The notes: generated by a model from the letters alone, not told the origin. 63,755 nucleotides of DNA, filler included, from Sphaeroforma arctica JP610 (GCF_001186125.1; 5 parts of 3 records of this genome joined end to end with filler, not necessarily neighbours in it); one strand, 5' to 3'. Positions 26,931 to 41,340 are shown, counted from the whole stretch's first letter. Program-made: numbers and translations.

Positions 26931-28622
26931 TATTATTTTATTAGNNNNNNNNNNNNNNNNNNNNNNNNNNNNNNNNNNNNNNNNNNNNNNNNNNNNNNNN
27001 NNNNNNNNNNNNNNNNNNNNNNNNNNNNNNNNNNNNNNNNNNNNNNNNNNNNNNNNNNNNNNNNNNNNNNNNNNNNNNNNNNNNNNNNNNNNNNNNNNNN
27101 NNNNNNNNNNNNNNNNNNNNNNNNNNNNNNNNNNNNNNNNNNNNNNNNNNNNNNNNNNNNNNNNNNNNNNNNNNNNNNNNNNNNNNNNNNNNNNNNNNNN
27201 NNNNNNNNNNNNNNNNNNNNNNNNNNNNNNNNNNNNNNNNNNNNNNNNNNNNNNNNNNNNNNNNNNNNNNNNNNNNNNNNNNNNNNNNNNNNNNNNNNNN
27301 NNNNNNNNNNNNNNNNNNNNNNNNNNNNNNNNNNNNNNNNNNNNNNNNNNNNNNNNNNNNNNNNNNNNNNNNNNNNNNNNNNNNNNNNNNNNNNNNNNNN
27401 NNNNNNNNNNNNNNNNNNNNNNNNNNNNNNNNNNNNNNNNNNNNNNNNNNNNNNNNNNNNNNNNNNNNNNNNNNNNNNNNNNNNNNNNNNNNNNNNNNNN
27501 NNNNNNNNNNNNNNNNNNNNNNNNNNNNNNNNNNNNNNNNNNNNNNNNNNNNNNNNNNNNNNNNNNNNNNNNNNNNNNNNNNNNNNNNNNNNNNNNNNNN
27601 NNNNNNNNNNNNNNNNNNNNNNNNNNNNNNNNNNNNNNNNNNNNNNNNNNNNNNNNNNNNNNNNNNNNNNNNNNNNNNNNNNNNNNNNNNNNNNNNNNNN
27701 NNNNNNNNNNNNNNNNNNNNNNNNNNNNNNNNNNNNNNNNNNNNNNNNNNNNNNNNNNNNNNNNNNNNNNNNNNNNNNNNNNNNNNNNNNNNNNNNNNNN
27801 NNNNNNNNNNNNNNNNNNNNTCCTTGTCTTGTCAGTATTACCACAAAATACTTAAAAAACGTTAGTGTATTCTCGCTGTCTTGTGCGTACGTATTTTGAA
27901 GCTCTTTGCATGTGCTATATTAATTTGTTTCCTGTTGCGTTTTTATAGTTAGGACTACTAACCTCTGCACTGGTGTAGACACATGCATCCATTAGTTCCA
28001 TCGGATGTTGTATTGTGTTTCTTGCGCGCTTCTATACAGAAAAGGTTATGTACATCCAAAACGATAAATCGCATCGTATTATAATAAAGATTTGTGTGTT
28101 ATTATGCGTAGATTCAACATACTTGTTTGTTTGCACAATCTAGCATTCGATTTGGGTATTTGGGAGTCCGAATGGAATTCACCGTTCCATGAACTTTCGA
28201 TGAAATTGAACAACATCCTTAGATAGCCGCCTACAGCATGAGGTAATAGCCTCTGATCTTTGTTAGTTGATAAGTGTGCTGGTTTGACTTTGGTTGTGTT
28301 GAGTGGTCATTCGCCAGGTTCAACCATACATACGCAAGCCTGGCTTCGCACATACAATCCTGTCATTACAGTGTCTTAGTTGTGACAACTGTCGCATAAT
28401 ATAAATTCCTTCAAATAGTTGATATATCTATACTATTCGTTCGTGAGAATGTTACCTATGTATATATCCTTCATCCATGCAAACGCGGGCTGCATTTGTT
28501 TTATATATTCATGCAAGATGTGACAGTATCTGTACCATTCATCCTCCAAACGGAAACCTCATCTGCCTAAAAGTAGGGTCGCTTTACGCGTGGGAACACT
28601 GTTGAGAGCGCCACATAGAACC

Positions 28623-29113
28623 ATGGCAACGGCCCATTCTCTGACGGCGGTAGTCGTTAAAGACGGTGTCGCCAGCATGTCCCCGGTTAGTCGTAAGTTA
28701 TGCAAACGAAAGTATATGTGTATATCGATGCTTGGGGGTGTGACATACTTTAGAAGAGTGTGTTGTGTGACCGATTGTGTGTAGAGTATCTCTGTGTCGA
28801 GGCTCAATAGGCAAGGTTAGCAGAGTCAATGCGCGCGTTTGTGCTATTAGGAGCGATATCCCTGGGTATATGCGAACGTTTCTGGGTATGCGGCCATGCT
28901 ATCAAGCAAAAGATTTTCCTGTAACCATGACTGGTTCAATTGTATGAACGGAAACAAAAACTTATTACTCTACCCACTGCACCGAATAACACATCAATCT
29001 CCGCTATCACATTCTCAGCTCAAGCATTTTTGGAGACCGCACCCAAAGGAGCGTACACCGTAGGCCGTACCGTCGATTACGAAACTGTGTTTGAGTTTGA
29101 GATGCATGTACAG
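28623..29113 (+). CDS. 5' fragment of a class IV (D-amino-acid transaminase / ADC-lyase-like) PLP-enzyme family protein; truncated by a contig join
   Basis: Exons 28623-28692 and 29019-29113 splice in phase to MATAHSLTAVVVKDGVASMSPVSPQAFLETAPKGAYTVGRTVDYETVFEFEMHVQ. This matches the GAYTxxRT...F...H..RL N-terminal pattern. A gap and linker follow at 29208. Confidence 0.65.
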
Positions 29114-29157
29114 GTGAGATATCTTTGTTTCATTGAGCATTAAAAAAAATACGACTA

Positions 29158-29193
<36 letters not shown>

Positions 29194-29207
29194 TGTATGT
29201 ATGTATG

Positions 29208-29307
29208 NNNNNNNNNNNNNNNNNNNNNNNNNNNNNNNNNNNNNNNNNNNNTTAATTAATTAANNNNNNNNNNNNNNNNNNNNNNNNNNNNNNNNNNNNN
29301 NNNNNNN
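29208..29307. other. Assembly spacer N-TTAATTAATTAA-N (also at 42136-42235, 51555-51654, 60536-60634)
   Basis: The same 12-mer with stops in all six frames is centred in four ~100-nt N blocks; it is an artificial contig linker. Confidence 0.95.
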
Positions 29308-29823
29308 TTATTGTATAACTATTATTTATTAAGTATATATATATGTGTGTGTGTAGTGTATATATATGTATATAGTACTATATATATATATATAATATAT
29401 ATGTACTATATGTTCTATATATATATGTATATATATATATATATATATACATATGTATATGTATATGTATATATATATATATATAAATGTGTATGTGTAT
29501 ATGTATGTGTGCGTATATGTTTCGGTGTGTGTGTGTATGTGTATGTGTGCGTATATAGGTGGGTGGGGTTAATTGTTTACCTCAAATGTGTTTGCAATGG
29601 TTTAACAATTTGATGATGTTCGTATAGTGTATACATTCTAACATGGTCACTGCTTAACGAGAACTACGTCTAAATGCTTTTTGAAAGCAAGGTTGTTGTT
29701 CTCTGCGCTGTACATTAATTTAATTTCGCTCACTTTTTTTGATGGTGCGGGCTGACTAAGCGCGTTATCCGCCAATGTCTGTGTGAGAAGTTCACTACTA
29801 ATGATATGCTCGCTATGCACTAG

Positions 29824-32800
29824 AAGAATGCCACAGCTTTTACCGAGGAGGAAAAAGAAGAGGAAAAGAAAGATATTGTGAACGCTACGCTATGGACACG
29901 TACGCCTGAGTGCAGTGTGGACCGTGTGAAGGACGCCTCCCTCAACCAGCGATACCAGCGCATGTCCGTGCAGGACACCCGGGTAGGTGCAAGCGTGCGA
30001 AAGTTGGCTCAGTTGTTATCTGGCTGAAGGATATAACCAATACATTATATTAGTATGTTTCGAGACACCAGAACTTGTGCTTATATCCCATGTGTCTGAT
30101 ATACAAATCTACGGGCTCATGCAGTTGCTTCAGGAGGGTGAATGTCGTTTGTTTCACTTGTACCGTATAGCAAACGGGGGCCTGACAGCGACATATGGAC
30201 TAGCGACAACATTGGTTTCCCTGCGTTGTATATGGTTGCAGTTTGAAGAAACCAACTACTATGGGTACTTTGTGAGTTCATAAGCCGCTCAGAGTCATGT
30301 GCAGCTTTTTAAAGTAGGCGGATGTTGAGTTCAAGCTCACCGTGGTTTCAATTCTACTATATTGAACCTTCATTGAAATCGAACTCTGTTGTATTGTATT
30401 CAAGGTTATAATGCTTGTCATTGGTGCAAGTAACTTAAGCAATTCGTCGCATTACCTGTCGCGCATGGTGTCGTATACAGGAACGTGAACAGTCCGATGA
30501 GAGTAAAATCATTTACAAGGCATTAGCGACGGCTATGGAGTTGAGAAGAACCTATCTGCATCGAAGTCATCAAAAGTATGTTACTGTAGTGAAAGAATAG
30601 TCTCTGTGAAATTTCGTACATTCACGCAATTGGGTGGCCATAGTGGCGGAAGCGCAGCTGTCGTGGCCATTATTAGACTTTTGATTCCGCATCTACATAC
30701 TTCTCAGAGACTAAATGTACTTCTGTACATTCGCACTTGATCTCTAGGAAGCCCCTCGGATAGCTTTGGTACATCTTTGACTCATTTTCTTGTATATATC
30801 TTCGCTGTTGCTTTTTTTATTCCGTTCTGGACTACGACGTACGTAGACCATGATACTTGCCACGTATATTTGTTTGTAGAAATCCCGGCATACTTTCCCA
30901 TTGCATTCGCATATTACGCGTGTCCACATTAGTGTTATAGGTAGCTTCGTGGCACCCACATATTTGCTTCCGCTTCGCCTGAAAATTTGGTCGCCACAAC
31001 ATACCTACACCCACCAATGTATGATCACGTTCAAAACTTATTGTAATGAACTGTCACGCTCATAGTTTTAACTGCTGTTGCTGAACTGCTGCCACTCTGA
31101 TATTCTCCGTGCGCGCAGATTCTGCATATCTACCAGTCACCAGCTAGATATCTTTGGCAATCCGGGCAGGCACACTGTGCCCACCCCCACCAATCCCTCA
31201 CCAATGCCTAGTGACGAGAACAGCTCCTGTGTAATCAGAATGAAGAAGGGTGTGTTCGAGGTTTTCCAGTCGCAGGCTGACTTAGACGATGCTGAAAGCG
31301 ATGCCATCGGGTCAGAAAGCACACAAGGTATGTGAGGGGGAATCGGCTACTTTGTTGAAGGCAAGCGAACAACTTCCAATGCGACCGTTTGTCTTGGTGG
31401 GACCAATTCGTGATGAAGAACTTGTTGGGCGTCTGTACGTCAGTGTATCAAGTATAAAAGCCGATTTAGTTTTTAGCCCTTGAATTTCATTTAAGCGTAG
31501 TAACAAATGGTCGTGCAGGCTCCATTGATAACTCATCGACAATATTTTCACTTTTCTTTGGTTAGGAATGTTTGCGTATCCGACTCTTTTCAAATACTAC
31601 AAAGATCTCAACTGGTTGATGGCCCTGTCGATGGACGGTGAAAGGTATGTGAATATTCAATTCATGCTGAAGTTTTAGAAAAGATGGGAATCGTGCCCGT
31701 GGTGCACAATGTTCAGTGTATAGGAGTGCCTGCACAATTAAATAATAGGCCCGACTATGCTGGACTTTGGTACTAAAATTACGCACAGAGTGGACGGGTA
31801 GTTATGTGCTCGTACCATGGACTCTCACCTATCTTATTTTTTGACTTTTTCGGTCGCATTGGACTCTGCAGTAAAACGTACTGCTTCCGACGAGTTAAAT
31901 ACCTGTCACAGTCATTCGAGATGCACTTGCTCCTGAACGAATTAGAGGAATTGAAGCAGCAAAAAGGGGTCCCACACAGAGGTGCGGTACCTATAGGTGT
32001 TGTAGGTTGACGTGTGGCTATTATATTTTATGTCTAATAGCGATAGTACTGCGATTTCTAGACTGAATACCGTACGCTTGCCCACCGCTAAACTCTGCTA
32101 CAATGTCTGACAAAATCTCGTGTGTAATACGTTTTGATAGTGTTTGTTATGACGTCGTGTGTGGTTGTTTTTTCTGCAGTGGTTGTTGTGCCCGATGTGG
32201 CTTCGTAGCTAATTTGAATATCATACCTGGTTGAAAATATCCGTTGCATGTAAAACCTCATCATTTTGTTCGTCTCGTTCGAATCGGAATTGAATATTTC
32301 AATCTTGAAAGTAATTTCGACGCATTGTTTTCAGTATTGAAAAATAGTTAGCGTGATTTTGTAGTGATATAAGAGTTGTTTATAGAAAGATGACTGGCGA
32401 CGAATCATACATCCTGATGTTTAGCCACGTTTGTTGCCCGCTCCAGACTTTTACAATGTGCGTAAGGTCGACACGCACATTCATTTGGCCGGAATGATGA
32501 CACAGAAGCACTTGTTGCGCTATATCAAGAAAAAAATGAGAACTTCGGGTGATGAGGAAGTCATTGTAAGGAACGATCAGTTGCTCACGCTTTCAGAGGT
32601 ATGGTTATACACACGGATCCTCTCTCGAATAACATTACTTCGATCTGGATTTACTTCCGACAGCTGTGTCATACTGTTTGAAATATTCATTCCCGTTCAT
32701 TCTCTGTCGCGTCATCCACATTTATTATATTCAGGTGTTCAAATCGCTCAACCTCACGACATATGATCTCAGCGTAGACACTTTGGATGTGCACGCCGAT

Positions 32801-35800
32801 AGAGGCACGTTCCAGCGCTTCGATCGCTTCAACTTGAAATATAATCCCATCGGGGAGTCTCGGTTGCGAGAGATCTTTTTAAAGACTAATAATCATATCC
32901 AGGTAACTAAAAGGTGAACCTATCTTTTGTTTTGTATGTCGTGAAGAGAAGGTCGCTGCACGCTTCCCTCTCTAATCTGTTTGTTGATTTAGTGCACAGG
33001 GGGCTATGCTGCAAGATCCATTTCGATTTTTATCTGCTCCACCATGTACCTGTGGAGATGTTGTATGTGGCTAATTCGCATTATACACACCCATGGCCCA
33101 GTGTGCATATTATTATTGCGTAGAAATGCTTGATTTTGATTTCTTCGTCTGTCATCTAAAAATGCAATATGAAAGGCTCGCTTGTGTAGGCTCAAGTTTG
33201 TTATTGAACAAAATGGATATCAAATTCATGGCGGTTCTATAGTTGCTTGTACATTGTAGCACGTCTCGACGGTTTGGAGCTATTACATGGATTCAACAAA
33301 TGCTGCTTCGTTTATGTCGCTTGCATTAGGGCCGTTTCTTGGCTGAAATTGTCTCAGAGGTGGTTGACGATCTGGAGGAATCGAAGTATCAAAAGGCGGA
33401 ACCTCGGTGAGTATTTCTGCTTCTATTGGAATTTTTTAGAACAATTCAACTGTCTGGTGTCCTCGTTGATACCCCTGTCTGCTCAGATATCAAGTTTCTT
33501 CTGGGTTTTTTTGTTTTTTTGTTTTTTTGATAGACCTTGATGTAGATCGTAGATCCGTTTTACGATGAACTGACGAATCATGTACAATTTTTTCCAATCA
33601 CTGCATGCCGAAGTTGCCTAAATCATTCAGCATGTGTGCCAATCTTTAAAGACATGTAAATTGTACTACATAGAATGAATCACACCGCAACGTATAAATG
33701 GTCTGTGGGGTATGCCTTGGTACTCAGACCTGCAAGTAAAACCAAGAAAAATCTCATACAATATCCAAACGCAGCTTCTGCCGTCATACTGCGGTGTGCG
33801 TGTTATGTCTATTATGACAAACAATCCCCTTCGTGCCGTCATACTGCGGCGTGTGTGTTTATGTCTATTATGACAAACAATCTCCTTCGTGACGTCATAC
33901 GGATAGCCTAATCCTTGAAGAACATAATCCTAATTTTACAGTGCGAGTATCTACGGTCGCAGCACGGACGAGTGGGAGAAGTTAGCGAGTTGGGTATTAG
34001 ACAACGGATTAGTCAGTGAGCACATCGCCTGGATGGTGCAGATCCCTCGACTGTTCAATATATACAAAAGTAAGCTTCTTTTTTTTGTGTCGAAACAATG
34101 TACACAGTTCTAAAAAGGATCTGTGGGCACACAAGAGATTGCTGAATGTTGCGCTTTTCGGTTGGTTGCAAATTGAATAGTCGCCCTGAGTGTCATCTTC
34201 TGAGGAACGTTATTTTTGTGCTATAGATATGATGCTCCCGTATACGCGTACTCACCCTTTACTTTATCCAATGCTACAAAATCAGAGCTCGGCACTATCA
34301 ACAATTTCGAACAGATGATCGAGAACATCTTCCGGCCCTTGTTCGAAGCTACTGCAAACCCTAAAGATCATCCCAAACTGAGGTGTGTTTGTATTAAAGA
34401 ATCGAAGTTCTGCATAGGATACAACAAATAAGATCGAGGAGTTTTTGATAGGATTGAAATGCACCGAGCTGTTATTAATGTCTCTTCAACACATTCGAAG
34501 ATATATCTGGTGTTTTACTTTCGTGTGTATTTGTCCGTCAAAGCTGTGAGTTTAAATTAGTAGATTTATTTATTCACCTCGTGTCAGTAGTTTTGCCCAG
34601 GAATGAGTGAATTACCTCAGGTGATTCCGTACGCGGAACGTTGTCCGTTAAATCACACCCAGTCTGGGCTACATATGGCTCTGCCTCTATCCACCGACGA
34701 CTGCCGTACTGCTCGTTGAGATTTGAAGTGTTGCTCTAGTCTCCTTAGAGTGCACTTCTGATTCTGCTGTATTGAACGCTCACGGACAAAAACGTCACAA
34801 ACCACACATCGTAGCAAGTTCCTTACGCTGCTTGGAGGGTTCGATGCCGTTGATGACGAAAGCAAGCGCGAGGTTCGCAAGCATCACCACTTCCCGTCTG
34901 CTGATAAGTGGGTGTACGAAGACAACCCGCCGTACACATACTACATGTACTATCTCTACGCCAACATCTGCACACTCAATCAGTTCAGGTATTTTCTATC
35001 AATATATATAGTCTTACTTTCTATACCCCGCTTGCTGTGAAAAAAAATGTCAGACGTTCGATTGAATCGGTAACGCTACTGTAGCGCATTTTGAAAATAT
35101 GAAGTACTTGGAATGACCATTTCGCTGTCCGTGTAGGCTAGAGGCTTCGAATATTTTACAGACAGACATTCCTCCAGACTTAAAAAAATTGTGCGTCTCA
35201 TTAAAAGAAAAAAGGAAATATCATTTATATATGCTTTCAACTGTGAATATAGCCAGTATCTATCCAGCTCTGTGCCCAATTCCGGATCCTCTTTATCAGT
35301 CAAGTTTTTTAGGCCCGAAGTCCATCTTCTATTCTTCTGGGACCATAAACTTCACTGAGCTTCACTTAAAAGTATAGGTAAATCCCTTTGATATATGTTT
35401 GCTGATTGCCATTTAGTATTACTCACAAATCTGTATTAATTCGATATCAGGGCATCGCGAGGACTCAATACGTTCCAATTCCGGCCTCACTGTGGAGAAG
35501 CAGGCGATGTCGGTATGTTAGCGCAAGTGTACTACGCTGGTCGAGAATCGATCTCCAATGCAACGCATCTGCACTTCTTTTTCTTTTTTCTGCGCGGGTC
35601 TATTATTATCGAACGAAATACCAGTTATTCCGAGAATAACAATGGCATCATCATAAGTAAGTAGTGGTCAATTTTGGGCACGATCAGTCATCGCGAACAT
35701 GTACAAGTACAGTAATGCGGACGATTGTGGCTGACCCAGATTGCCCTTCAGATGATATACCTTGTTGGAGTGAATCATTCACACACATTCCATACCTTCT

Positions 35801-37808
35801 AAGCTTGCATTCCCGATATTGTTGCCAGATCATATTGCCTCTGCATTCTTGACTTCGGAGGGTATCAACCACGGGCTCACGCTAAGAAAGATCCCTGTAC
35901 TAGAGTACTTGTTCTTCTTAACCCAGGTATTTGTTTTGATTGTGCTAAAATTAATCAGTGGATGCGCATATAAATCTGTGTAAAACATCCACGCAAGCTG
36001 GTGAAAGATGTCAGCTGAGCTCAGTGTGAATTCGAGTGACACTGCATGCAGTAGTGAGTGCGCGTTAGTGTAGACAATCTATTGGCATTGTGCAAATGTG
36101 CATACATGTGTAGTATTTAACGTTCAAAATTAGGCTCGATATATGATGAAGATTGGGCATTTTATTGTACTTGCATGTGTATTCAACGAATACGTTAGTT
36201 CCTCGTTGTTTGCTAATCGACTTCATCACTAGCGCTTTAGATCGTATGTTTGGTATTGTCGTCTGCGATGCAAAATGATCGTCAATCTGCAGTCCACTAT
36301 ACAAACTTAACATACCTCATCTGATTACGTATGCAAATTGCTCTTAACGCCATATTGTAGGTTCCGATCGCCATGTCGCCGTTAAGTAACAACAGTCTAT
36401 TCTTGGAAGTCAATCGACACCCATTCCCCAAATACTTTGCCTGTGGGCAAAATATCTCTCTCTCAACAGACGATCCCCTATTCTTCCATTTTACGCGGGT
36501 ATGTTCATGTGTACGAATTGAAGCGTATTATTTGTAGCATAGTGCCAGATTTATGTGTCGATGTTTTTGAATGGGTACTGGGCTCATGGTTTTGTTTAGT
36601 GTTCGATCATTTGGCCAACCAATATAATTGGTATTATGTGCAGTGGAGTCAGCAGCTTGAAATTCCTTACAAGTTCCATTCGTGCACCAATTGCGTGTTA
36701 AATCGTTGTCGTAGTACTCTAAATACTCCATCTTAAACACACTTGATAAATTTATTTGGGGATAGCTGTATCGTATTGACTTTTCTTTTCTTTAAATTTT
36801 ATTTTATTTTATTTTTTACTCGTACAAACTTCTGCGGACGCAATTCTAAACCGAACGAAACAATTATTGATCGAACATGTAGACTGGTATATAACAAGTA
36901 GTTTAGATAGTATGAGTAGTGTATTGATTTGTTTACTTTGTACACTCCTATCTTATATCTAAATATTTACCTCAAACATATAGGAGCCGTTGATTGAGGA
37001 GTATTCAGTCACTGCACAGCTGTGGAAGCTTTCAGCATGCGACTTGTGTGAGTTGGCACGAAACAGTGTCCTTGCTTCTGGCTTTTCGAAGGAGAAAAAG
37101 CTCAAATGGTATGTTCGTGGAAAAACAGAACTAGCGCTTAGTTATATACATATATATATATTCAGTATTATTTAGTGTATTTGTATGTACTCGAATATTG
37201 ATACTTGGTACACGCACTGACAGGCTTACCCACTGGTATTATGCAGCAATATCCATATATTTTATTTTTGATATACTCTCTTGATCGATATGAGTTGCAG
37301 GAGCGAATTGAGATTCAAAATACATTATAACTCTAAAACCTTATACTTTTTTCTACTGTTTAGGTTGGGCCCCGATGGCCTTAAACCAGGAGTGGATGGC
37401 AATGATATTCAGCATACTAATGTGGTATGTAGTAGTGCTTATTTGTTTATTTTCGAATATCGCTGTATAGATTCATGTAATCCTTTTACATACAGCCACT
37501 ATTCATCTCTGTTTATGTTTTGAACGGACACTATTTTTCGCCGATTTTTTTTTCTGTAGCTTTTTTGTCACATGTGCTACCTTCATAAGTATTCTCGCCC
37601 CTTTCACGCTACTGTGCCTTCCTCAATTAGATATGAGCTACTGAGTAGTGCCACCGCTAGTAAAATAGGAATTTTTTTTCTATACTTTTTTTTCCTCCCA
37701 ATCCAGCCGGATATCCGCGTGGCATATCGGGTAGAGACCTTGATGAGAGAGCTCTCGCATGTGCTTAGGGGTCAACGCGATCTAGTGCACATTCCTAATT
37801 TCGCTTAA
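29824..37808 (+). CDS. AMPD: AMP deaminase (5' end missing beyond the contig join); ~17 visible exons
   Basis: Motifs: [154 protein letters not shown] at 37806-37808. Confidence 0.97.
33778..33902. repeat. ~55-bp tandem repeat x ~2.2 (AMPD intron)
   Basis: ccgtcatactgcgg.gtg.gtgtt(t)atgtctattatgacaaacaatc.ccttcgtg units. Confidence 0.9.
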
Positions 37809-40486
37809 ATCATGTGAAAAGTTATCGCTAGCGTCATCGGTAGAACGATAAAATAGAAAACTAAAAATAAATTAAAAACCAATCAACTGTGCCAGAAAGT
37901 CCAGATGTGTACTACTTTCTAGCTCGCTTAACACTCGTAATCATCCAATGAGGTTTTGGTGATATTTTTAGAATAAATTCATTGTTAGGTAGGGCACTTC
38001 ATTGGAGATAATATCCAAAACAAAATTGCATCTAGAAAAATTTCTATATTGTCGGACAATCGTCGTGAGAGCATTTGTATTAATTATACCACTCTGATTG
38101 TCTGAACTGGGATCATAAAGCAAAGCAAGCGCGTATTGAATTGGCGTGGGTGTCCTAAAAGGGTCCATATGAGATTGGGAATGAGCTTTCAAGTGTGATA
38201 TAGTACACTTTGCCAATGTCCACGTAATTTTCTGTTGCACAATAGGTTGGCAATCAATTCCATATGCGCGATTTTACAATCGTTTAATGATAGGAAATAC
38301 TCTCTTTGAACACAACCTGGGTATACATAGTGCAAAAGCGATCGAATGGGCAGAACCGGGTTGCAAGGCAATTCGTTCTGGTCTCTTTGTGACAATTGTT
38401 TAGTCTGCGGGGCTGTACTTTCTATCGGAGTTCTACAACCACTGTCGGCGCAATCGACAGGTAAATTGCAGTCGATTGCAGAAAGAATGCTCACGAGTGT
38501 AGACTAAAGGACAGCCCGTTGAGAACAAATGAAATGTATAGAATTACTTTCAAGTGCCGGCGTTTCTCTTAGAAATCAAAGTCCTACACTTAAATAACGC
38601 CTGAGAAGTATCAAGTCCCGCTACGCCATACCTTGAAGGCTTGTGATACCAAATACCTTGTAATCACGGGAAACACGGTTGAAACAGCATAGTGTGCCGG
38701 CGGCACCTTTTATTTCAAGATCTTACCGTATTATGTCACCACACTGATACTAAAGCTACCTTAGATCCATTGGCTTGGACCCTGCAGAACCCGCTTCTTG
38801 AAATAATACCAGATGGGGAATACCTCGGATGTTGGAATTGGGACAGTCTACAGCGAAGTCACTTTCCAAGCCTCCCCGTGCCGTACTGTAAGTTTTTCTC
38901 CGCATCGTATAATTTCTACCCAAACGTTAGCTAGAGGGAGAAGAAAAACGCGATTGGAGTGGAATGGGTGTGTCAGGCTTTATTTGTACGCTATTCTTCC
39001 CATAAAAACGAGTTCTTTGAAGGCGCCCCGGCGGGCAGTGATCCGTTGAAAAAGCACCTGCCAAGCGATTTCGGGACGCTCGAAATCTTCATCATCCGCG
39101 TACTACTCCTTTTGTGTTGATTCACTGATATCACTGATATGCAACAAGCACCCATGTGAAGTTACCTTTGTGCTCGATAGTTCAAAACAATCCCTTGTGG
39201 TCCGCGAAACCGGTCTAATTACTGAAACCCCTACCTCGACATTCCTTGCCACTATATTTCGGAACACGTGCACTATATCATGACTTTTGTTCAACGTGGT
39301 AGATATGTAAACATTTTTTCGTTGACTTTACAAAAGATTTTATTTGCTACATTTATATGCCAGGTGAGAGCCCTTTCACAAGCTTGGTTTATACAATCAG
39401 AACCATAACCGAAGTAGTAGACAAGTACTGACCATCAAAGACTTGCGCGGTCAATTTGATCAAGTGAACAACAGTACAGATATGTGATTAAATTTGTCGC
39501 CTGAATATCCCAACTTTCTTCCAAAGGCTCTCGTGGCGTCATGCTCAAGCTCACAAATGTTTCAAACTCGAAAAGTGCTCTTCTTTATATAGATCACACC
39601 AATGGTCATCACTTTATCTGTTGGAATGTGGACTTTTGGTCGCGGGTTTGCCGTTCCATCTACACAGTTTGTTTGATGTTGAATAAGATCGGATCAAATG
39701 CTTATATGTTACTATGGGCTGCACTGTCGCCCATATTAAAGGTAAGTTCTGAGCTTAAGAACAATAGTTGCTGTCTATCACAAAACGAACCTTTTAATTA
39801 GCAATGTGCTGATAAATTTCAATCAATAGATTATTTCCCATGGTTTACAATGCTCTGATCAAGAAAAAATGCTAACAAAGTGATCAACGATGCAGCAAAA
39901 TCTAGACGTTCTGAATTAATACCAGTAGGTCACGTGGCTGCGCTAGAAAAACATCCAAGAACATGACTACACTACAGTTTAGTCATCATCGAAGATCTTA
40001 AACCCAGTAGGAACACTAGTTTTATTAGCGGGTGTTAGTGCCAGCTAGAATTAATCAAATCATGAGGAAAGAGGCTTGGAAGCAAATGTGCATCAATGGT
40101 TCCATCAACGCAGATCGTAATATCATTAGGAACGTTAGTTTGATTAGCAGGTTTTAGTATACCAGCTAAAAGCATTAATTAAAACATGTGGAAAGATAAT
40201 TCCGACAAAACGATCAGACAGTGGGGGTTCGAATATAATTTTCAGTATGACTGGAAATGAATACCTACGGTGCTGAACGTTATTAGGGCAAAAAAAAACC
40301 CCCCCGATATCACAAAACGCGGGTTTGCCTGTGTCAAGCGTATAATGTCCCGTTTAGATCGGGACGGCGCTAGACGGACGAGGCCTCGAGCTGTAGTCTT
40401 TCGAATACCCCGAGGCACATCAATTCTTATTGAGAATTGGGTTGTTACGTTTTTAGGTTTTAGCTAAGTATTTACAGTATAGCAGG

Positions 40487-40535
40487 TGATGGGTTAAGTA
40501 TAAGTGACACGCTTGAGCGCCATCCATTTTCAGGG
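40487..40535 (-). rRNA. Short (~49-nt) isolated fragment of 28S/LSU rRNA
   Basis: The minus strand reads CCCTGAAAATGGATGGCGCTCAAGCGTGTCACTTATACTTAACCCATCA. CCCTGAAAATGGATGGCGCT is a conserved eukaryotic LSU segment, recognised from memory, and it continues into a fungal-like CAAGCGTGTxACxTATACT. No other rDNA flanks it. Confidence 0.8.
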
Positions 40536-40599
40536 TGGGATGGTGGTGTTTTGAGGGAGAATCAAAGCTTAGAATTATAAATTATGAGATCGTGCTTGT

Positions 40600-41340
40600 C
40601 TGAAGGAAGGTGACCGCTGAGGTAAGCCGTTCTAATTATAAAATTGGAGAGTGTGTGAGCAATGCGATGATGGTCGCAAGCTGTTCGTTGCGAGCAAATT
40701 ATATTAACCGCTGACGTCCAGCGGCCAATAATCATCGCCAACGATTCACTAATCCCTGTTTCACGAAAGACTGGCAAGCCCCCGAAGTGTAAAGAGTGGC
40801 CACTGTATTTTCTGTTGCTGAGGCCACGGCAGTAAGGAGTTTACGGAAATGACGCGTGAGATGGAAAACAGGTGTGATGATTCGGGTTCGGTTGATGTGC
40901 GGGTGAACCATTCACCCAGTGCGCGGTAGGGGCAGATTCTCGCCATGTTTATCGGCAGTTGGGAATTATAGAAGTTGTGGAAAGGTCGAGACTGGTTTTT
41001 GAAATCGGTAACAAATTTTATGCAAACTCATCTTAGACCCCAACTTTATACCCGCGGTGTATGTGCAAGTTGTCGGAATAGGTTTCAAGGTCCGAGTGAA
41101 CAGTCAATTCACCTAATAGCATAACCGCCCATACGCCAATCGAGATGGTCGTGTAGAGGCGAATTCATTTGGGGGTTATGCTTTATGGGTAAGAAGAATA
41201 GGGAAAGGTGTGCAAGTATGATTGCTGAGGTTAGTGGGCGTCGGAGTCGAGTTGGTATTACCTTAAGTCGACGACAGCGACGGCTGGTCCAAGGTTAGAG
41301 CGGCCTTGGTCGTTGGTATGTCTTATGCATGAGTGGCAAC
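40600..41340 (-). pseudogene. Decayed tyrosine recombinase of a DIRS/Ngaro-type retroelement
   Basis: Read across frameshifts: RRPLT (~41245), ICPYRAL (~40930), KYSGHSLH.GA (~40785-40810), GISESLAMIIGRWTS (~40712-40756). These correspond to the HSxRxGGA..GRWxS box. Confidence 0.65.

Noticed and set aside
26754..27899. Long ORFs across N gaps and microsatellites (also 316-589, 19387-19971, 57115-57805, 60233-60591)
   Set aside because: Open only because of Ns or simple repeats; not proteins.
38200..39700. Possible minus-strand exons (e.g. ADDEDFERPEIAWQVLFQRITARRGAFKELVF ~39000-39100)
   Set aside because: They look coding, but I could not build a consistent spliced model or recognise a family.
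40334..40370. Short complementarity (tcaagcgt, ggacggcgc) to the rRNA fragment, as a DIRS internal complementary region
   Set aside because: Only 8-9-nt matches; compatible with chance.
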